64,000 nt of DNA from Oligoflexia bacterium (GTDB lineage Bacteria; Bdellovibrionota; UBA1018): positions 31,796 through 95,795 of the forward strand of contig CAIRTR010000232.1 of the NCBI GenBank assembly GCA_903881565.1, in the 5' to 3' direction. The translations under genes were made by a program, and so were the position numbers. Of the stretch, positions 43,010-54,191 are shown piece after piece (within the stretch, counting starts at the first letter, position 1; every line of letters starts with the position of its first letter). The notes below the pieces were generated by a model, which saw nothing but the letters and a program-made list of their open reading frames with translations, did no database searches and was not told the DNA's origin.

Positions 43010-44125
43010 ATGCCAAAACAAACTGCGTTGATTGAGGAACATCGTCGCCTTGGAGGGCGGATCATTGATTTCGGGGGCTGGGAACTTCCAGTTCAATACA
43101 CCGGAGTGATGGATGAGCATCTCACCTGTCGTGCCAAATGCGGAATTTTTGACGTCAGCCACATGGGCGAAGTTCACGTTGAAGGCAAAGACTCAGAGGC
43201 GTTTCTCAATTATCTCGTGAGCAATGACGTTTCGAAATTAGCTGATGGTCAGGCTCTTTATTCTGAAATGTGTAACGACAACGGCGGCGTCGTCGATGAC
43301 CTTCTGGTTTACAAGAAAAACCGTGATAAATTCTTGGTCGTTATCAATGCAGGCAACTCAGATAAAGATTATGCGCACATGCTGAAGATTCAGGAGCGCA
43401 TGTCCACTCGTTTAAAAAACTACACGCTTACGAATGAGAGCCCAAACTACACGCAAATCGCAGTGCAGGGCCGACATGCAGAAAAAATTGTTCAAACCCT
43501 GACAAAATCAAACCTCTCTGCTGTTAAGACTTACTGGTTCACCGAAGGCACCGCCCTCGGAAAGATTCCCGCTGTTTTTGCTCGCACGGGCTACACCGGC
43601 GAAGATGGATTTGAAGTTTATATTCCTTGGAGCACAGGCCCCGAAGTTTGGCGCGCGCTTGAAGACGCCGGGCAGGCCTACGGCATGAAGCCTTGTGGCT
43701 TGGGCGCTCGCGATACTTTACGTCTAGAGATGAAATATCCTCTGTATGGCCACGAACTCAGTGACGAGGGAAATCCTCTGGAAGCTGGCCTGGGCTGGGT
43801 CATTAAATTTGATAAAGGCGACTTCGTAGGCCGCGCACCGATGCTTGCCGCCAAGGAAAAGGGCCTTACCCGCTCTCTCGTGGGCTTGAAAATGCTCGAG
43901 CGCGGGATCCCTCGCCAAGGCTATTCTATCCTGGATCCCGGCACTAAGGAGAAGATCGGAGCGGTCACCAGCGGAACGCAATCCCCCTCTCTTAATCAGG
44001 CCATAGCGCTTGCTTACGTTCCAAAATCAATGTCCGCCATCGGTACTCGTCTCGCGGTCGATATTCGAGGCGCTGCTTTGGCCGCTGAAGTGATTCCAAC
44101 TCCATTTTATAAACGACCTTACTAA
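43010..44125 (+). CDS. gcvT: Glycine cleavage system T protein (aminomethyltransferase)
   Basis: TALIEEHRRLGGRIIDFGGWELPVQY...GIFDVSHMGEV is canonical GcvT. Confidence 0.95.
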   Translation: MPKQTALIEEHRRLGGRIIDFGGWELPVQYTGVMDEHLTCRAKCGIFDVSHMGEVHVEGKDSEAFLNYLVSNDVSKLADGQALYSEMCNDNGGVVDDLLVYKKNRDKFLVVINAGNSDKDYAHMLKIQERMSTRLKNYTLTNESPNYTQIAVQGRHAEKIVQTLTKSNLSAVKTYWFTEGTALGKIPAVFARTGYTGEDGFEVYIPWSTGPEVWRALEDAGQAYGMKPCGLGARDTLRLEMKYPLYGHELSDEGNPLEAGLGWVIKFDKGDFVGRAPMLAAKEKGLTRSLVGLKMLERGIPRQGYSILDPGTKEKIGAVTSGTQSPSLNQAIALAYVPKSMSAIGTRLAVDIRGAALAAEVIPTPFYKRPY

Positions 44126-44159
44126 CCCCTTATTCATACACATACATAAAGGAGCGACT

Positions 44160-44555
44160 ATGAGTTTTCCAAACAATCTTAAATACACCAAAGACCACGA
44201 ATGGGCCCGCATCGAAGGCGCTGGTAGCAAAATCATCACGGTGGGTGTCACTGACCACGCGCAAAGTGCCTTAGGCGATATCGTTTTTATTGAACTTCCT
44301 GCTGCAGGCCGAGTGCTGAAAAAGGGTGAAACCTTCGGCGTAGTGGAGAGCATTAAAGCCGTTTCAGATCTTTACGCCCCCGTGTCTGGGAAGGTTCTCG
44401 AAATCAACACCGCTCTCCCAAATGATCCTGCACTCATTAACAAGGATCCCCATGCCGGCGCTTGGATGCTCAAGATCGAAATGACCGACGCCAACGCACT
44501 CAGTGAGCTCATGGACGCTGATGCCTACACGAAGTACGTCGAGTCATTACACTAA
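44160..44555 (+). CDS. gcvH: Glycine cleavage system H protein
   Basis: YTKDHEWARIEG...GVVESIKAVSDLYAPVSGKV carries the lipoyl-lysine motif. Confidence 0.95.
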   Translation: MSFPNNLKYTKDHEWARIEGAGSKIITVGVTDHAQSALGDIVFIELPAAGRVLKKGETFGVVESIKAVSDLYAPVSGKVLEINTALPNDPALINKDPHAGAWMLKIEMTDANALSELMDADAYTKYVESLH

Positions 44556-44571
44556 AGGGCACTAGGCCGCA

Positions 44572-45339
44572 CTAGAGTTTCCAGATACAAAGTTTGCTAG
44601 ATCTCCAGTCATGCATCTCGATGATCGTATCGGGTGGATGCCCTGGAACTGTGAACGTATTACTGATAAGTACTGATCCCTTGAGCATCTCGCTCTTTGC
44701 CTTGTTCCAAATTTTGGGCATCGGTTCAGGCGAGAGAAAACAATACACATAGTTGTATTGGGCTAAATTGACCTTCCACAGACTTTGGTATCTGATTTTG
44801 CAATTCGCTCGAAACAAGCATCGAAACCATGACAAAAGAAAAACAATGGGGGCGGTTTCGACCCCTTCAAATTTCGCGCTTGGAAATTCACTCGCCAAAA
44901 AGCAAAGAGTGCTCGCGAGCCCACTGCCTAGGTCTACAAACGTGAAATTCGCTTGATCGGCAGATAAGAACTCAACAAGTTTCCGATTGGTCTCTTTGCC
45001 TGTGAGATACAGGGGGACCCGCTCTTTAAAGCTGTTCCAGTTTAAGAGAAGAAGCAGGATAAAGCCGATGAGAAATCCTGAGCGTGGGAGTGTCGCCGTA
45101 TTAAGTCCCGCGAGAAGTGGAAAAAATGAAAAATTGATCAGGAGCCACCAACGCGGCAGGTGAAAGAATTGCCCCACGCCAGCTGCGATCGTACCTTGCA
45201 GAAATGCGGACTGAAATAGACCTAATTGAATCGAAAAGAGCTCGCTCGCGAAGTAGCGAAGAACAAAAACCACAGGCACTGCCAGGATCTGGGACAAAAG
45301 CGCAACAAGCGCGGGTGATTTTAATCGACTTGGTTTCAT
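44572..45339 (-). CDS. Membrane protein with C-terminal SAM-methyltransferase-like motif, hypothetical
   Basis: N-terminal TM helices, then FVDLGSGLASTLCFLASEFP, a methyltransferase motif-I-like DLGSG. Confidence 0.5.
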   Translation of the reverse strand: MKPSRLKSPALVALLSQILAVPVVFVLRYFASELFSIQLGLFQSAFLQGTIAAGVGQFFHLPRWWLLINFSFFPLLAGLNTATLPRSGFLIGFILLLLLNWNSFKERVPLYLTGKETNRKLVEFLSADQANFTFVDLGSGLASTLCFLASEFPSAKFEGVETAPIVFLLSWFRCLFRANCKIRYQSLWKVNLAQYNYVYCFLSPEPMPKIWNKAKSEMLKGSVLISNTFTVPGHPPDTIIEMHDWRSSKLCIWKL

Positions 45340-45522
45340 AGGCTGCTTTGAAAGTGTAGAAGCTGCCGCCCTAAAAATCTAGTTTTGCGTCAATATTTTG
45401 TTTTTGACCAATTTAGTCCGGTTGATTTACAACCATTTTCAGACTCTTTTTTGATCGCTGATCATTTGCTGCTCAATCTTTTTTTGCATCCGACGATGAG
45501 TAACACAGGAGACACTCATCTC

Positions 45523-46383
45523 ATGGGCTTTATAGGAATTGTCATCGTCATCGTTTCTGTTATTGGTGGCTACATCCTAGAGGGTGGCCACATGGCCATT
45601 CTCTTCCAACCCGTCGAGTTACTGATCATCGCTGGCGCGGGTTTCGGCTCCTTGCTGATCTCGGCTCCACTCAGTGTTCTCAAGAGTATTATGAAACAGG
45701 CTCTTGAGTCCTTTAAAGGGGGCGAGACCTCCAAAGAGGAGTTTACAGAACTTCTTCTTTTGCTTTATGAGCTTTGCAAGACCGCAAAAGCCAACCCCAT
45801 GTCCATTGAAGCTCACGTAGAAACTCCTGAAACCAGTGATATTTTTAAGCGTTATCCTCGCCTCTTGAAGGATCATCATTTAATCGCCTTTATTTGCGAC
45901 ACCCTTAAAGTTCAAGTCAGCTCCCCCATGAGTCCGTATGACCTCGAAGAGCTTATGGAATTGGATATGGCTGCTGGACATGCCGCTGAATCCAATGGTC
46001 CTAATACCATTTCTCGCCTTGGAGACGCGATGCCCGCTCTCGGGATCGTCGCCGCCGTCTTGGGGGTTGTGATCACCATGGGTAAGTTGACCATGGGTAA
46101 AGAAGTCATTGGTCATAGTATTGCTGCCGCACTTATTGGAACGTTTTTAGGGATTTTAATGTCATACGGTTTCTTTGCCCCGCTTTCGGCGAAGATGGAA
46201 AGCGTTATTAACGAGGCTCACAAATTGTTGGACGTCTCAAAAGTGGCGATTCTCGCCTATGCGAAGAACTGCTCCCCCAAGGTGTGTGTCGAGTTTGCTC
46301 GACGTACAATTCCCCCTCAGTCGCGACCCACTTTTGCGGATATCGACAAGGCTACGTCTAGTATCGGAAAGGCTGCTGCTTAA
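45523..46383 (+). CDS. motA: Flagellar motor stator protein MotA
   Basis: MGFIGIVIVIVSVIGGYILEGGHMAILFQPVELLIIAGAGFGS...LGIVAAVLGVV...GTFLGILMSYGF aligns along its whole length with MotA. SD AGGAG lies upstream of ATG 45523. Confidence 0.85.
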   Translation: MGFIGIVIVIVSVIGGYILEGGHMAILFQPVELLIIAGAGFGSLLISAPLSVLKSIMKQALESFKGGETSKEEFTELLLLLYELCKTAKANPMSIEAHVETPETSDIFKRYPRLLKDHHLIAFICDTLKVQVSSPMSPYDLEELMELDMAAGHAAESNGPNTISRLGDAMPALGIVAAVLGVVITMGKLTMGKEVIGHSIAAALIGTFLGILMSYGFFAPLSAKMESVINEAHKLLDVSKVAILAYAKNCSPKVCVEFARRTIPPQSRPTFADIDKATSSIGKAAA

Positions 46384-47213
46384 TGGCAAAAGAAGCCACC
46401 ATCATCATCATTAAGAAAAAGAAAAAGGGCGGACACGGTGGCGGCCACCACGGTGGAGCATGGAAGGTGGCCTACGCCGATTTCGTGACGGCGATGATGG
46501 CATTCTTCCTCGTCATGTGGGCGATGGGTTTTGACGAGCAGACAAAAGCGTCTATTGTGAATTACTTTAATAATCCTTCTAGTCCTTGGACCCCTCAACT
46601 CGCCGAAAAAGATAGTCTGCCCATGGGAGATCGAACCGCAGCCGGCGAGAGCATCCTTCATGGTTTAGAGGGGGGCGTACCTGAGAACCAACTCCTGATT
46701 CCGGCCCGACCTATCAACGAAAACCCTAATGCCGGCGACAGCAATCGCAATACGGGTTTTGCCGCAGACGCCCTCGAAGTGCTCAGTAAAACGACCGAAA
46801 TGAATTTTGAATCCATCCGCTTCTCGATCCCCATTAAGACTCTCTTTGTCGCGGGGGCAGCTGCATTCAAACCTGAGGCGAAAAAATATCTCGCACAGCT
46901 CGCGTCGGCGGCCAGAGGAAACAAGGGAATTCTCAACATTCAAACCGATCTCGACCTAAAGAATGTGCCAACCACAGAAAAAGATCCGGATAAGGCACAA
47001 GATCCTTATCAACTTTCGCTCGCGCGCTCCGTTGCTCTGCTTCAACATCTTGTGGATAACAAGATCATGAACGAGGATAAAATAAAGGCCGGCGCCATCG
47101 AGAAGACAAAACCTGCCCGTGCGCCTGCACAAGCCTATTCGTTTGAGCCCATTGATATGCCTGAACCTAAAGTCCTATTCACCCTAGGAAAGACCGCCCC
47201 TGCGGCTGAATAG
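46383..47213 (+). CDS. motB: Flagellar motor protein MotB (OmpA-like C-terminus)
   Basis: TM-plug region WKVAYADFVTAMMAFFLVMWAMG and C-terminal OmpA-like YQLSLARSVALLQHL. TAATG overlaps motA. Confidence 0.8.
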   Translation: MAKEATIIIIKKKKKGGHGGGHHGGAWKVAYADFVTAMMAFFLVMWAMGFDEQTKASIVNYFNNPSSPWTPQLAEKDSLPMGDRTAAGESILHGLEGGVPENQLLIPARPINENPNAGDSNRNTGFAADALEVLSKTTEMNFESIRFSIPIKTLFVAGAAAFKPEAKKYLAQLASAARGNKGILNIQTDLDLKNVPTTEKDPDKAQDPYQLSLARSVALLQHLVDNKIMNEDKIKAGAIEKTKPARAPAQAYSFEPIDMPEPKVLFTLGKTAPAAE

Positions 47214-47228
47214 CCTCACCAAATGGCC

Positions 47229-50096
47229 TCAAGCATACGCTTCGGGCGGCGGACACGCACAAACCAAGTTACGATCACCCAAGACGTTATTGATTCGTCC
47301 AACCGCAGGCCAGAATTTATTTTCCTTGGTCCAGGTCGTCGGAAAAACCGCCTTCTCACGAGAGTACGGATGTGCCCAAGTCTCCGAAGCGATTTGAAGC
47401 GCCGTGTGGGGCGCATTCTTAAGGACGTTATCGGTTCGATCCGCTTTTCCAGCCGCAATCTCTTCAATTTCGCCACGGATCTTGATCATCGCTTCGCAAA
47501 AACGATCTAATTCGGCTTTGCTTTCGCTTTCCGTAGGCTCAATCATCAATGTGCCTGGCACCGGGAACGACATCGTGGGCGCGTGGAAGCCATAATCCAT
47601 CAAACGCTTTGCGATATCCTCAACTTCAATCCCGGTACTTTCTTTAAATTGTCGGCAATCGACAATGCATTCGTGCGCTACAAGGCCATTCTTCCCTTTG
47701 TAAAGGAGCGGAAAATGGGCCTGGAGTTTGTGGGCAATGTAGTTCGCATTCAAAATGGCAACTTGCGTAGCCAATTTTAAACCCTCTCCGCCCATGAGCG
47801 AAATATACGCCCACGAAATAGGAAGGATACTTGCACTTCCCCAAGGCGCCGCCGAAACAGCACCCACCCCGTCAGGACCGCCCGTTTTTACGAGAGGATG
47901 AGAAGGGAGAAAGCGTGACAAATGCGACTTAACAGCGATCGGACCCACACCAGGGCCGCCGCCGCCATGAGGGATGGCAAAGGTCTTGTGGAGATTTAAA
48001 TGACAAACATCCGGCCCAAAATCGCCCGGACGGCAAAGCCCGATCTGCGCATTCATATTTGCGCCATCCATATAAACCTGCCCACCGCTATCGTGAACTG
48101 TTTTACAGACTTCAATGATCGCCTCTTCAAACACCCCGTGAGTCGATGGATAGGTGACCATCAAGGCCGAGAGATTTTTTGAGTGCTCAAGCGCTTTCGC
48201 CCGCAAATCTTCCAAATCAATATTGCCTTGTGAATCACAATCCACAACAATCACGCGCATTCCGGCTAAAGCCGCGCTGGCGGGATTTGTCCCGTGCGCT
48301 GATTTTGGAATCAAACAGACATCACGATGGGTGTCACCCCGATTTTCATGAAATTTCTTAATGACCAAAAGCCCGGCGTATTCGCCTTGCGAGCCGGCAT
48401 TTGGCTGGAGAGACACACCATCAAACCCAGTCGCTTCAGCCAGCATCAGGCTCAAGCTCTTGAAAAGTTCCTGGTATCCTTCAGCTTGGTTCAGGGGCAC
48501 AAAAGGATGAAGTTGGGCAAACTCTGGCCAACTCACAGGAATCATTTCTGTCGTGGCATTGAGTTTCATCGTACAAGAACCCAACGGAATCATCGAGACA
48601 CCCAACGAGAGATCCTTCGATTGAAGCCTGGTGATATAGCGAAGCATTTCTGTTTCGGAGTGGTAAGAATTGAAAACACGATGCTCAAGATAGGCAGTCT
48701 TTCGCTCAAAGCCTGCGAACGTAGAGCCCGTGGATTTTACCAAACCTGCGGGTTTGGATTTTCCACAACCTTCGGCAAACGCCGCTAAAATATCGAGCAC
48801 GTCTGCTTCAGAAACTGTTTCATCCAAAGAAATCCCAAGGTAATCCTTGTTATCAAGTCGGAAATTCATTTTTCGATCAAGCCCCGCTTGAACAACTTTA
48901 GCGCGCTTCGGCTCCGTTAATTGCACATTAATCGTGTCAAAAAATGCCTTTTGCCCCACCTCAAAACCAAGATCAATCAACCCCTGCTTGAGAGAGTTCG
49001 TCAGATCATGAACACGCTCCGCAATTTTCTTCAAGCCTTTGGGACCGTGATAAACGGCATACATCGAAGACATAATCGCTAAAAGGACTTGGGCCGTACA
49101 AATATTGCTGGTGGCCTTCTCGCGACGAATGTGTTGCTCACGTGTTTGCAAAGCTAAGCGAATCGCGGGTCTGCCATCCACATCTTTTGAAACGCCCACA
49201 ATTCGTCCGGGTAACTGGCGCTTCAAGGCGTCTTTTGTCGCCATGAAGGCCGCATGAGGTCCGCCGTAGCCGAGTGGAACCCCAAATCGCTGAGCCGATC
49301 CAATGACGATATCCGCTCCAAAATCGTTGGGTGCACGGAGAACCGTCAAACTCAGAAGATCTGCCGCAAAAACACTGAGCGCTCCCACGCTATGAACACG
49401 CTGAACAAAGTTCTGATAATCGTAAATTGCGCCATCGCTTGCTGGATATTGAACAAGCGCCCCGAAAATCGGGGTGCTAAAATCAAAGCGCTGGGGATCT
49501 CCCACTACAACCGAAATTCCTAACGGTTTTGCCCGCGTCTTTAGAAGTTCTATCGTTTGGGGGTTGCAGTTTTCGGCCGCAAAAAAGGACTTGGAGCCGT
49601 CTCGGTCTTTCGCAGAAAAACAAAGATTCATCGCCTCGGCGGCTGCCGTGGCTTCATCAAGCAGGGAGGCGTTGGCTACATCCATTCCGGTAAGGTCGCG
49701 AATAAGTGTTTGAAAATTTAGGAGCGCCTCAAGACGTCCTTGCGAAATCTCTGCTTGGTAGGGCGTATACTGCGTATACCATCCTGGATTCTCAAGAATG
49801 TTTCTTTGAATGACGCCTGGAACATAATTATTGTAATAACCCACCCCAATGTAAGAACGAAAAACTTGATTGCGCGAGGCTAACTTCTTAAGTTTCTCCA
49901 ATACTTGCGGTTCACTTTCCCCTGAGGGACTCTCGAGTGGGTTTTTTAGCCGGATTTTTTCAGGGACAGCTGCAGAGGTCATTTGATCCAGACTGACGAA
50001 ATCCAAGGCCTTAAGCATGGCATGAATTTCTTCCTGCTGGGGACCGATGTGACGAAACAGAAAACTATTATTTGGGGTTTCTTCTTTGATAGTCAT
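47229..50096 (-). CDS. gcvP: Glycine dehydrogenase (decarboxylating), P protein
   Basis: 955-aa single-chain GcvP, conserved throughout (e.g. ...[21 protein letters not shown]..., CTAQVLLA). Confidence 0.95.
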   Translation of the reverse strand: MTIKEETPNNSFLFRHIGPQQEEIHAMLKALDFVSLDQMTSAAVPEKIRLKNPLESPSGESEPQVLEKLKKLASRNQVFRSYIGVGYYNNYVPGVIQRNILENPGWYTQYTPYQAEISQGRLEALLNFQTLIRDLTGMDVANASLLDEATAAAEAMNLCFSAKDRDGSKSFFAAENCNPQTIELLKTRAKPLGISVVVGDPQRFDFSTPIFGALVQYPASDGAIYDYQNFVQRVHSVGALSVFAADLLSLTVLRAPNDFGADIVIGSAQRFGVPLGYGGPHAAFMATKDALKRQLPGRIVGVSKDVDGRPAIRLALQTREQHIRREKATSNICTAQVLLAIMSSMYAVYHGPKGLKKIAERVHDLTNSLKQGLIDLGFEVGQKAFFDTINVQLTEPKRAKVVQAGLDRKMNFRLDNKDYLGISLDETVSEADVLDILAAFAEGCGKSKPAGLVKSTGSTFAGFERKTAYLEHRVFNSYHSETEMLRYITRLQSKDLSLGVSMIPLGSCTMKLNATTEMIPVSWPEFAQLHPFVPLNQAEGYQELFKSLSLMLAEATGFDGVSLQPNAGSQGEYAGLLVIKKFHENRGDTHRDVCLIPKSAHGTNPASAALAGMRVIVVDCDSQGNIDLEDLRAKALEHSKNLSALMVTYPSTHGVFEEAIIEVCKTVHDSGGQVYMDGANMNAQIGLCRPGDFGPDVCHLNLHKTFAIPHGGGGPGVGPIAVKSHLSRFLPSHPLVKTGGPDGVGAVSAAPWGSASILPISWAYISLMGGEGLKLATQVAILNANYIAHKLQAHFPLLYKGKNGLVAHECIVDCRQFKESTGIEVEDIAKRLMDYGFHAPTMSFPVPGTLMIEPTESESKAELDRFCEAMIKIRGEIEEIAAGKADRTDNVLKNAPHTALQIASETWAHPYSREKAVFPTTWTKENKFWPAVGRINNVLGDRNLVCACPPPEAYA

Positions 50097-50263
50097 AACT
50101 TCTCCGTACTATCTCTTTATCATCACTTTTTACCGGCTTAAATTTTTTTTATTGCATCGTTTTTTCTTGACGCAAATAGGTGAGTAAACCTCTTGTTGAA
50201 GTTCCCTACATTGCGCTATGGTCCCCCTCTCTCGGTTACGAGAAAAGAGGCTTGAATTTAAAA

Positions 50264-50644
50264 ATGCTGAATTCCCCCGTTACATCCGTCACTGCCACCT
50301 CCGCCCATGACGCACGTACTGAAGCGCGGCAAAATGACTCGCGCGCAAATCACACTGCCCGCGCCTTTAATACTGCTCTGTTGGGCAGTCAGGTACTTGT
50401 GCATGGGGCGCAAAGTCGCGATCTCAGCACAGAGATCCTTCAATTGACAAGGTCTCCCGCGTTCCAAATAATATTGCAGTGTATCCAAAGCTACGCGTCT
50501 AGTTCTGGTCTTTCAGAAACTGATGCTGCAAGCTCTTTGATTGATACTTTTAAGAAAATTGATTCTCTTTGGTCAGGCTTGGCTCACCAAGAGGGGGTTG
50601 CTCAACTTCGCGCACTGATGAGTGAGCCCAACTCACAGGAATAG
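50264..50644 (+). CDS. Hypothetical small protein
   Basis: ORF between divergent gcvP and the tonB-like gene. The start is chosen at the internal MLNSPVTS; composition is low-complexity and coding is uncertain. Confidence 0.3.
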   Translation: MLNSPVTSVTATSAHDARTEARQNDSRANHTARAFNTALLGSQVLVHGAQSRDLSTEILQLTRSPAFQIILQCIQSYASSSGLSETDAASSLIDTFKKIDSLWSGLAHQEGVAQLRALMSEPNSQE

Positions 50645-50657
50645 TTAGGTTCGGTAG

Positions 50658-51563
50658 TTAGGTTCGAAGGATAAATTCCCAAGGAATTTCTATTTCACCT
50701 TTTTGGTCAATAATCCCCTTTGGGGGATTTGGGAAGGGTCCGGCCTGATTAAAGGCCCGAGTTGCTGCCTCATCAAGTTCATGATTTCCGGATTCACTTA
50801 AAACCTGAACCTTAACAACTTCGCCATGCTCATTGAGAACGACTCGGACCCGGGTCACATGATCCATATCCGAGGCCAGTTGGCGGCCCGAGCGATAGAA
50901 TTTGACCAATTTGTCGCGTAATATCGGAACCCATGCCAGGTCGAGACGCGTTCTAATTCTTTGAAAATACCCAAAAAAGACATACTCTCGGGTATTGAGG
51001 GCGGTCTTATCTCCCTGCTTGAATCCTTTGATATAGTCCTCCGCATTTTGAGGTACGGCCTCATTACCAAAGGTTGCCCATCTAGTTGTATCCCTCCGGG
51101 CAGTTTCAATTTCCTTGATCTCCTTTAGAGTAGGAAGAACGGGGAGACCTAGAGTTGCCAACGGTTTATCCATGGGTTCAGATCGAGGCAAAGTCTGCCG
51201 TGCCTTCTGTGGACTAGCGGCTTCAGCTCCACCCGCCAGGATGTTTTTTTGGTTCGAGACTTTTTCTTCAACAACTTTTTGATTCCGCTCTCCTAAGAAG
51301 GCATCTGGAAGCGCCTTTTCAATTGCCTCGCCAGGGGTCGTTTGAACAATTTGGCGTCGAATGTTTGACGCTTCTTTGGGCTTCTCTTGCGCGGCTTGTT
51401 TGTCTTGGGGGCGAGGGGGCGTAATGTCCAACTCAACCCAGCGAAAATCGCTGGAAGGTTGCTGAGTTGCCCGCTTTTGAACCAGAGTCGCACACATCAT
51501 TATAAAGAACATGTGCACAACAAAGGACAGGCCTATTGAACTTCGCAGTTTTGTAACTCCCAT
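50658..51563 (-). CDS. TonB-family energy transducer (C-terminal TonB domain)
   Basis: N-terminal TM helix, Pro/Lys/Glu-rich spacer, and C-terminus VRVVLNEHGEVVKVQVLSESGNHELDEAATRAFNQAGPFPNPPKG. Confidence 0.7.
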   Translation of the reverse strand: MGVTKLRSSIGLSFVVHMFFIMMCATLVQKRATQQPSSDFRWVELDITPPRPQDKQAAQEKPKEASNIRRQIVQTTPGEAIEKALPDAFLGERNQKVVEEKVSNQKNILAGGAEAASPQKARQTLPRSEPMDKPLATLGLPVLPTLKEIKEIETARRDTTRWATFGNEAVPQNAEDYIKGFKQGDKTALNTREYVFFGYFQRIRTRLDLAWVPILRDKLVKFYRSGRQLASDMDHVTRVRVVLNEHGEVVKVQVLSESGNHELDEAATRAFNQAGPFPNPPKGIIDQKGEIEIPWEFILRT

Positions 51564-51605
51564 TGGATGATATACCACTCTCCAATAGGTCTTTCGGAAA
51601 GAAAC

Positions 51606-54191
51606 TTAGTCTTCTTTAAATATTTCGTTCGAAGGGGCCGGCGCATTGTTGCTGCCGGGTTCAGCATGGGTCGTCGGCTGCGTGCCCTCAATGAATGCCT
51701 CTTTGATCGCTCCTGACCAATTTGAGGGCGCTAGCTTGCCCGTGGCTGGATCGATGTTCTCAAAGACGACTCCCGCAGGCACAATAAAATCTGTTTCAGG
51801 ATAACCCTTTACCGCTTCTTTCATGAAGCTCAGCCAAATAGGCAGCGCGGCGCGTGCGCCAGTTTCCAGTGGGCCAATGGGCTTATGACTATCAAAGCCA
51901 ACCCAGGCGCCCGTTACGACATGCGGAGTGAAGCCCATAAACCAGGCATCAATGTAATCATTTGTCGTCCCTGTTTTTCCCGCGGTCGCTCGCCCCAAAA
52001 TCTTGGCGTCATGGCCGGTTCCATACGCCACAACTTCTTTCATCAAATGAGTCATGACAAAGGCAACACGTGGATCAAGAAGTTGTTCAGATTCTGAACT
52101 TGTTGTCGGCATTCCAGAAGTGTTTGGTGACGAGGTCGGAGTCGGCTCTTTTCCATCTCGAGTCGATTTTTCTGCGAACGCGAGAGACTTTTCTAGCGCC
52201 TCTTGTGGCGGTTGAAGTTTGTGTTCCTCGAGGACTTTTCCATCACGATCAATGACCTTAAGAATAAAAACGGGTTCAATTCTTCGTCCCAGACGGGGAT
52301 AGAGCGCATAAACCTTTGTCAAATCCATGAGCGAGACCGATAAACTTCCGAGAGAGATCGAAAGATCTTTCGGATACTCAGAGGTAAGCCCTAGATGTTT
52401 TGAATACTCGATCAAATAGGGAATCTGAACATCTTGAACAATCTTGATCGTGGGAACATTCCTCGACTTGATGAGGGCTTGCCGAAAGGTTGTGTCGCCG
52501 TAAAACTTGGATTCAAAGTTTGCGGGTTTCCATTTCCCGCTTTCGGCGTCGTCATAAACCAGCGGCGCGTCTACAATAATCGTGGCTGGCGTGTATCCTT
52601 TTTCTAGCGCGGCAGTATAGATGATAGGCTTGTAAGAGGATCCGGGTTGTCGCTGCGCTTGAATGGCGCGATTGAATTCAGAACCCGCGTAATCATACCC
52701 GCCTTCCATCGCCAAGACAGCTCCCGTTGCAACATCCATTGAGAAAAGCGCCGCCTGGACGAGTGGAATTTGCTCGAGCGCTACTTGAACGCCCTTTTCC
52801 GAGGCACTTATTACCTTTACTAGAATCACGTCACCCCGAGACAGGACCTTCGAGGGGACTGAAGGTTCGCTCCGAGAGGCCGTGGGATTTTTTTCGTCGC
52901 GCGCCGGCCGTGCCCATTTCATTTTGTCCAAGGGAAGTTCCGCTTTGATTACCCCGAGCAGAACCGTGACCATTTTTCGTTTATCGTCGATAGTTGAAAC
53001 GACCGCCTCGTAATTGTCACCGGGGATTAAGAGATTCGGTTCTCCCTTGATTCCACTCTTCTGAAACGCTTCGATCGAATCCAATCTCCCATCAGGAAGC
53101 AGGAGTTGGTAAGGGAGTTTTTTTTGAATGATCTCGAGGCGCTGTTGTCTTAGGCTTTCCTCAATCTCCTCATTCGTCTTCAAATGCTTAATGGGGCCCC
53201 GATAACCATCCCTTTTATCCACCGCCGCTAGACCATCGCGAACGCTCTTTGAAGCCGCTTGCGCGAGCGTTTTCTTGAGGGGAACAAAAACCGTCAAGCC
53301 GTCCTCATATACCGCTTTTTCACCATACTTTTCCAACAAGTGTCTCCGAATGTGCTCAACGTAGTAAGAGGCGAACTTCGCGTTAACATCCTCATTATGA
53401 TAGATCTTCACCGGATAGGCCGCTGCCTCGGTGAGTTGAGCCTGAGTAATAAAATTATTCTCAAACATTCTGCGCAGGACATAAAGTTGGCGTTCTTTTG
53501 CTTTTTTGGGATTATGAACCGGGCTGTATTTACCCGGCGCCTGCGGAAGTCCCGCGAGAATGGCCGCTTCGGCCAAGGTCAGTTCTGAGACATCTTTTCT
53601 AAAATAGATTCGAGAGGCCGCTTGAACTCCATAAGCGCTGTGCCCGAGATAGATCTGGTTGAGATAGAGATAGAGGATCTGCTGCTTGGTGAGATGTTTC
53701 TCCATCCTTTCAGCAATGAAAACCTCTTTTATCTTTCGAATAATGCTCTTCTCGGACGTCAAAACCAGGGACTTTGCAACTTGCTGGGTTATGGTGCTGC
53801 CGCCCTGGGCGAACCGCCCTGCCTTGAAGTTGGCAATGCTCGCGCGAAGCATACTTACAAAATTAACGCCTGTGTGTTGAAAAAATTGGTCATCTTCGGC
53901 AGAGATAAAAGCCCGCACAAGTACTTCGGGGATTTTATCAAAGGGCACTACGTAGCGAATTTTATCAACGTAGAACTCACCGATGAGAAGCTCCTCCTGG
54001 GTCGCCTTAGGCGATTCCGGGGCGGCTAAAACCTTGGTGACGATCGGGGGGCGGTAATCCGCGACGGTGATGAGTTTCGGAAGTGATTTTGAAAAGTGCC
54101 AAAAGAGAATCGCCACTGCCGCACAAGCAAGAACGGACCCCGTTGCCAGAATAATCAACGTTGCCCGAAATATTCCTGACGCTTGCTTCAT
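51606..54191 (-). CDS. mrcA: Penicillin-binding protein 1A (bifunctional glycosyltransferase/transpeptidase)
   Basis: GT51 motifs ISAEDDQFFQHTGVN, QGGSTITQQVAK and RKIKEVFIAERME, and the transpeptidase motifs in the C-terminal half. Confidence 0.9.
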   Translation of the reverse strand: MKQASGIFRATLIILATGSVLACAAVAILFWHFSKSLPKLITVADYRPPIVTKVLAAPESPKATQEELLIGEFYVDKIRYVVPFDKIPEVLVRAFISAEDDQFFQHTGVNFVSMLRASIANFKAGRFAQGGSTITQQVAKSLVLTSEKSIIRKIKEVFIAERMEKHLTKQQILYLYLNQIYLGHSAYGVQAASRIYFRKDVSELTLAEAAILAGLPQAPGKYSPVHNPKKAKERQLYVLRRMFENNFITQAQLTEAAAYPVKIYHNEDVNAKFASYYVEHIRRHLLEKYGEKAVYEDGLTVFVPLKKTLAQAASKSVRDGLAAVDKRDGYRGPIKHLKTNEEIEESLRQQRLEIIQKKLPYQLLLPDGRLDSIEAFQKSGIKGEPNLLIPGDNYEAVVSTIDDKRKMVTVLLGVIKAELPLDKMKWARPARDEKNPTASRSEPSVPSKVLSRGDVILVKVISASEKGVQVALEQIPLVQAALFSMDVATGAVLAMEGGYDYAGSEFNRAIQAQRQPGSSYKPIIYTAALEKGYTPATIIVDAPLVYDDAESGKWKPANFESKFYGDTTFRQALIKSRNVPTIKIVQDVQIPYLIEYSKHLGLTSEYPKDLSISLGSLSVSLMDLTKVYALYPRLGRRIEPVFILKVIDRDGKVLEEHKLQPPQEALEKSLAFAEKSTRDGKEPTPTSSPNTSGMPTTSSESEQLLDPRVAFVMTHLMKEVVAYGTGHDAKILGRATAGKTGTTNDYIDAWFMGFTPHVVTGAWVGFDSHKPIGPLETGARAALPIWLSFMKEAVKGYPETDFIVPAGVVFENIDPATGKLAPSNWSGAIKEAFIEGTQPTTHAEPGSNNAPAPSNEIFKED

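Noticed and set aside
50097-50263. Possible glycine riboswitch or terminator upstream of gcvP; a 12-bp stem CCUCUUUUCUCG/CGAGAGAGGGGG at about 50216-50243
   Set aside because: No convincing GGAGAG / ACCGAAGG aptamer blocks, and no U-tract after the stem. It is recorded only as a hairpin of unknown role.
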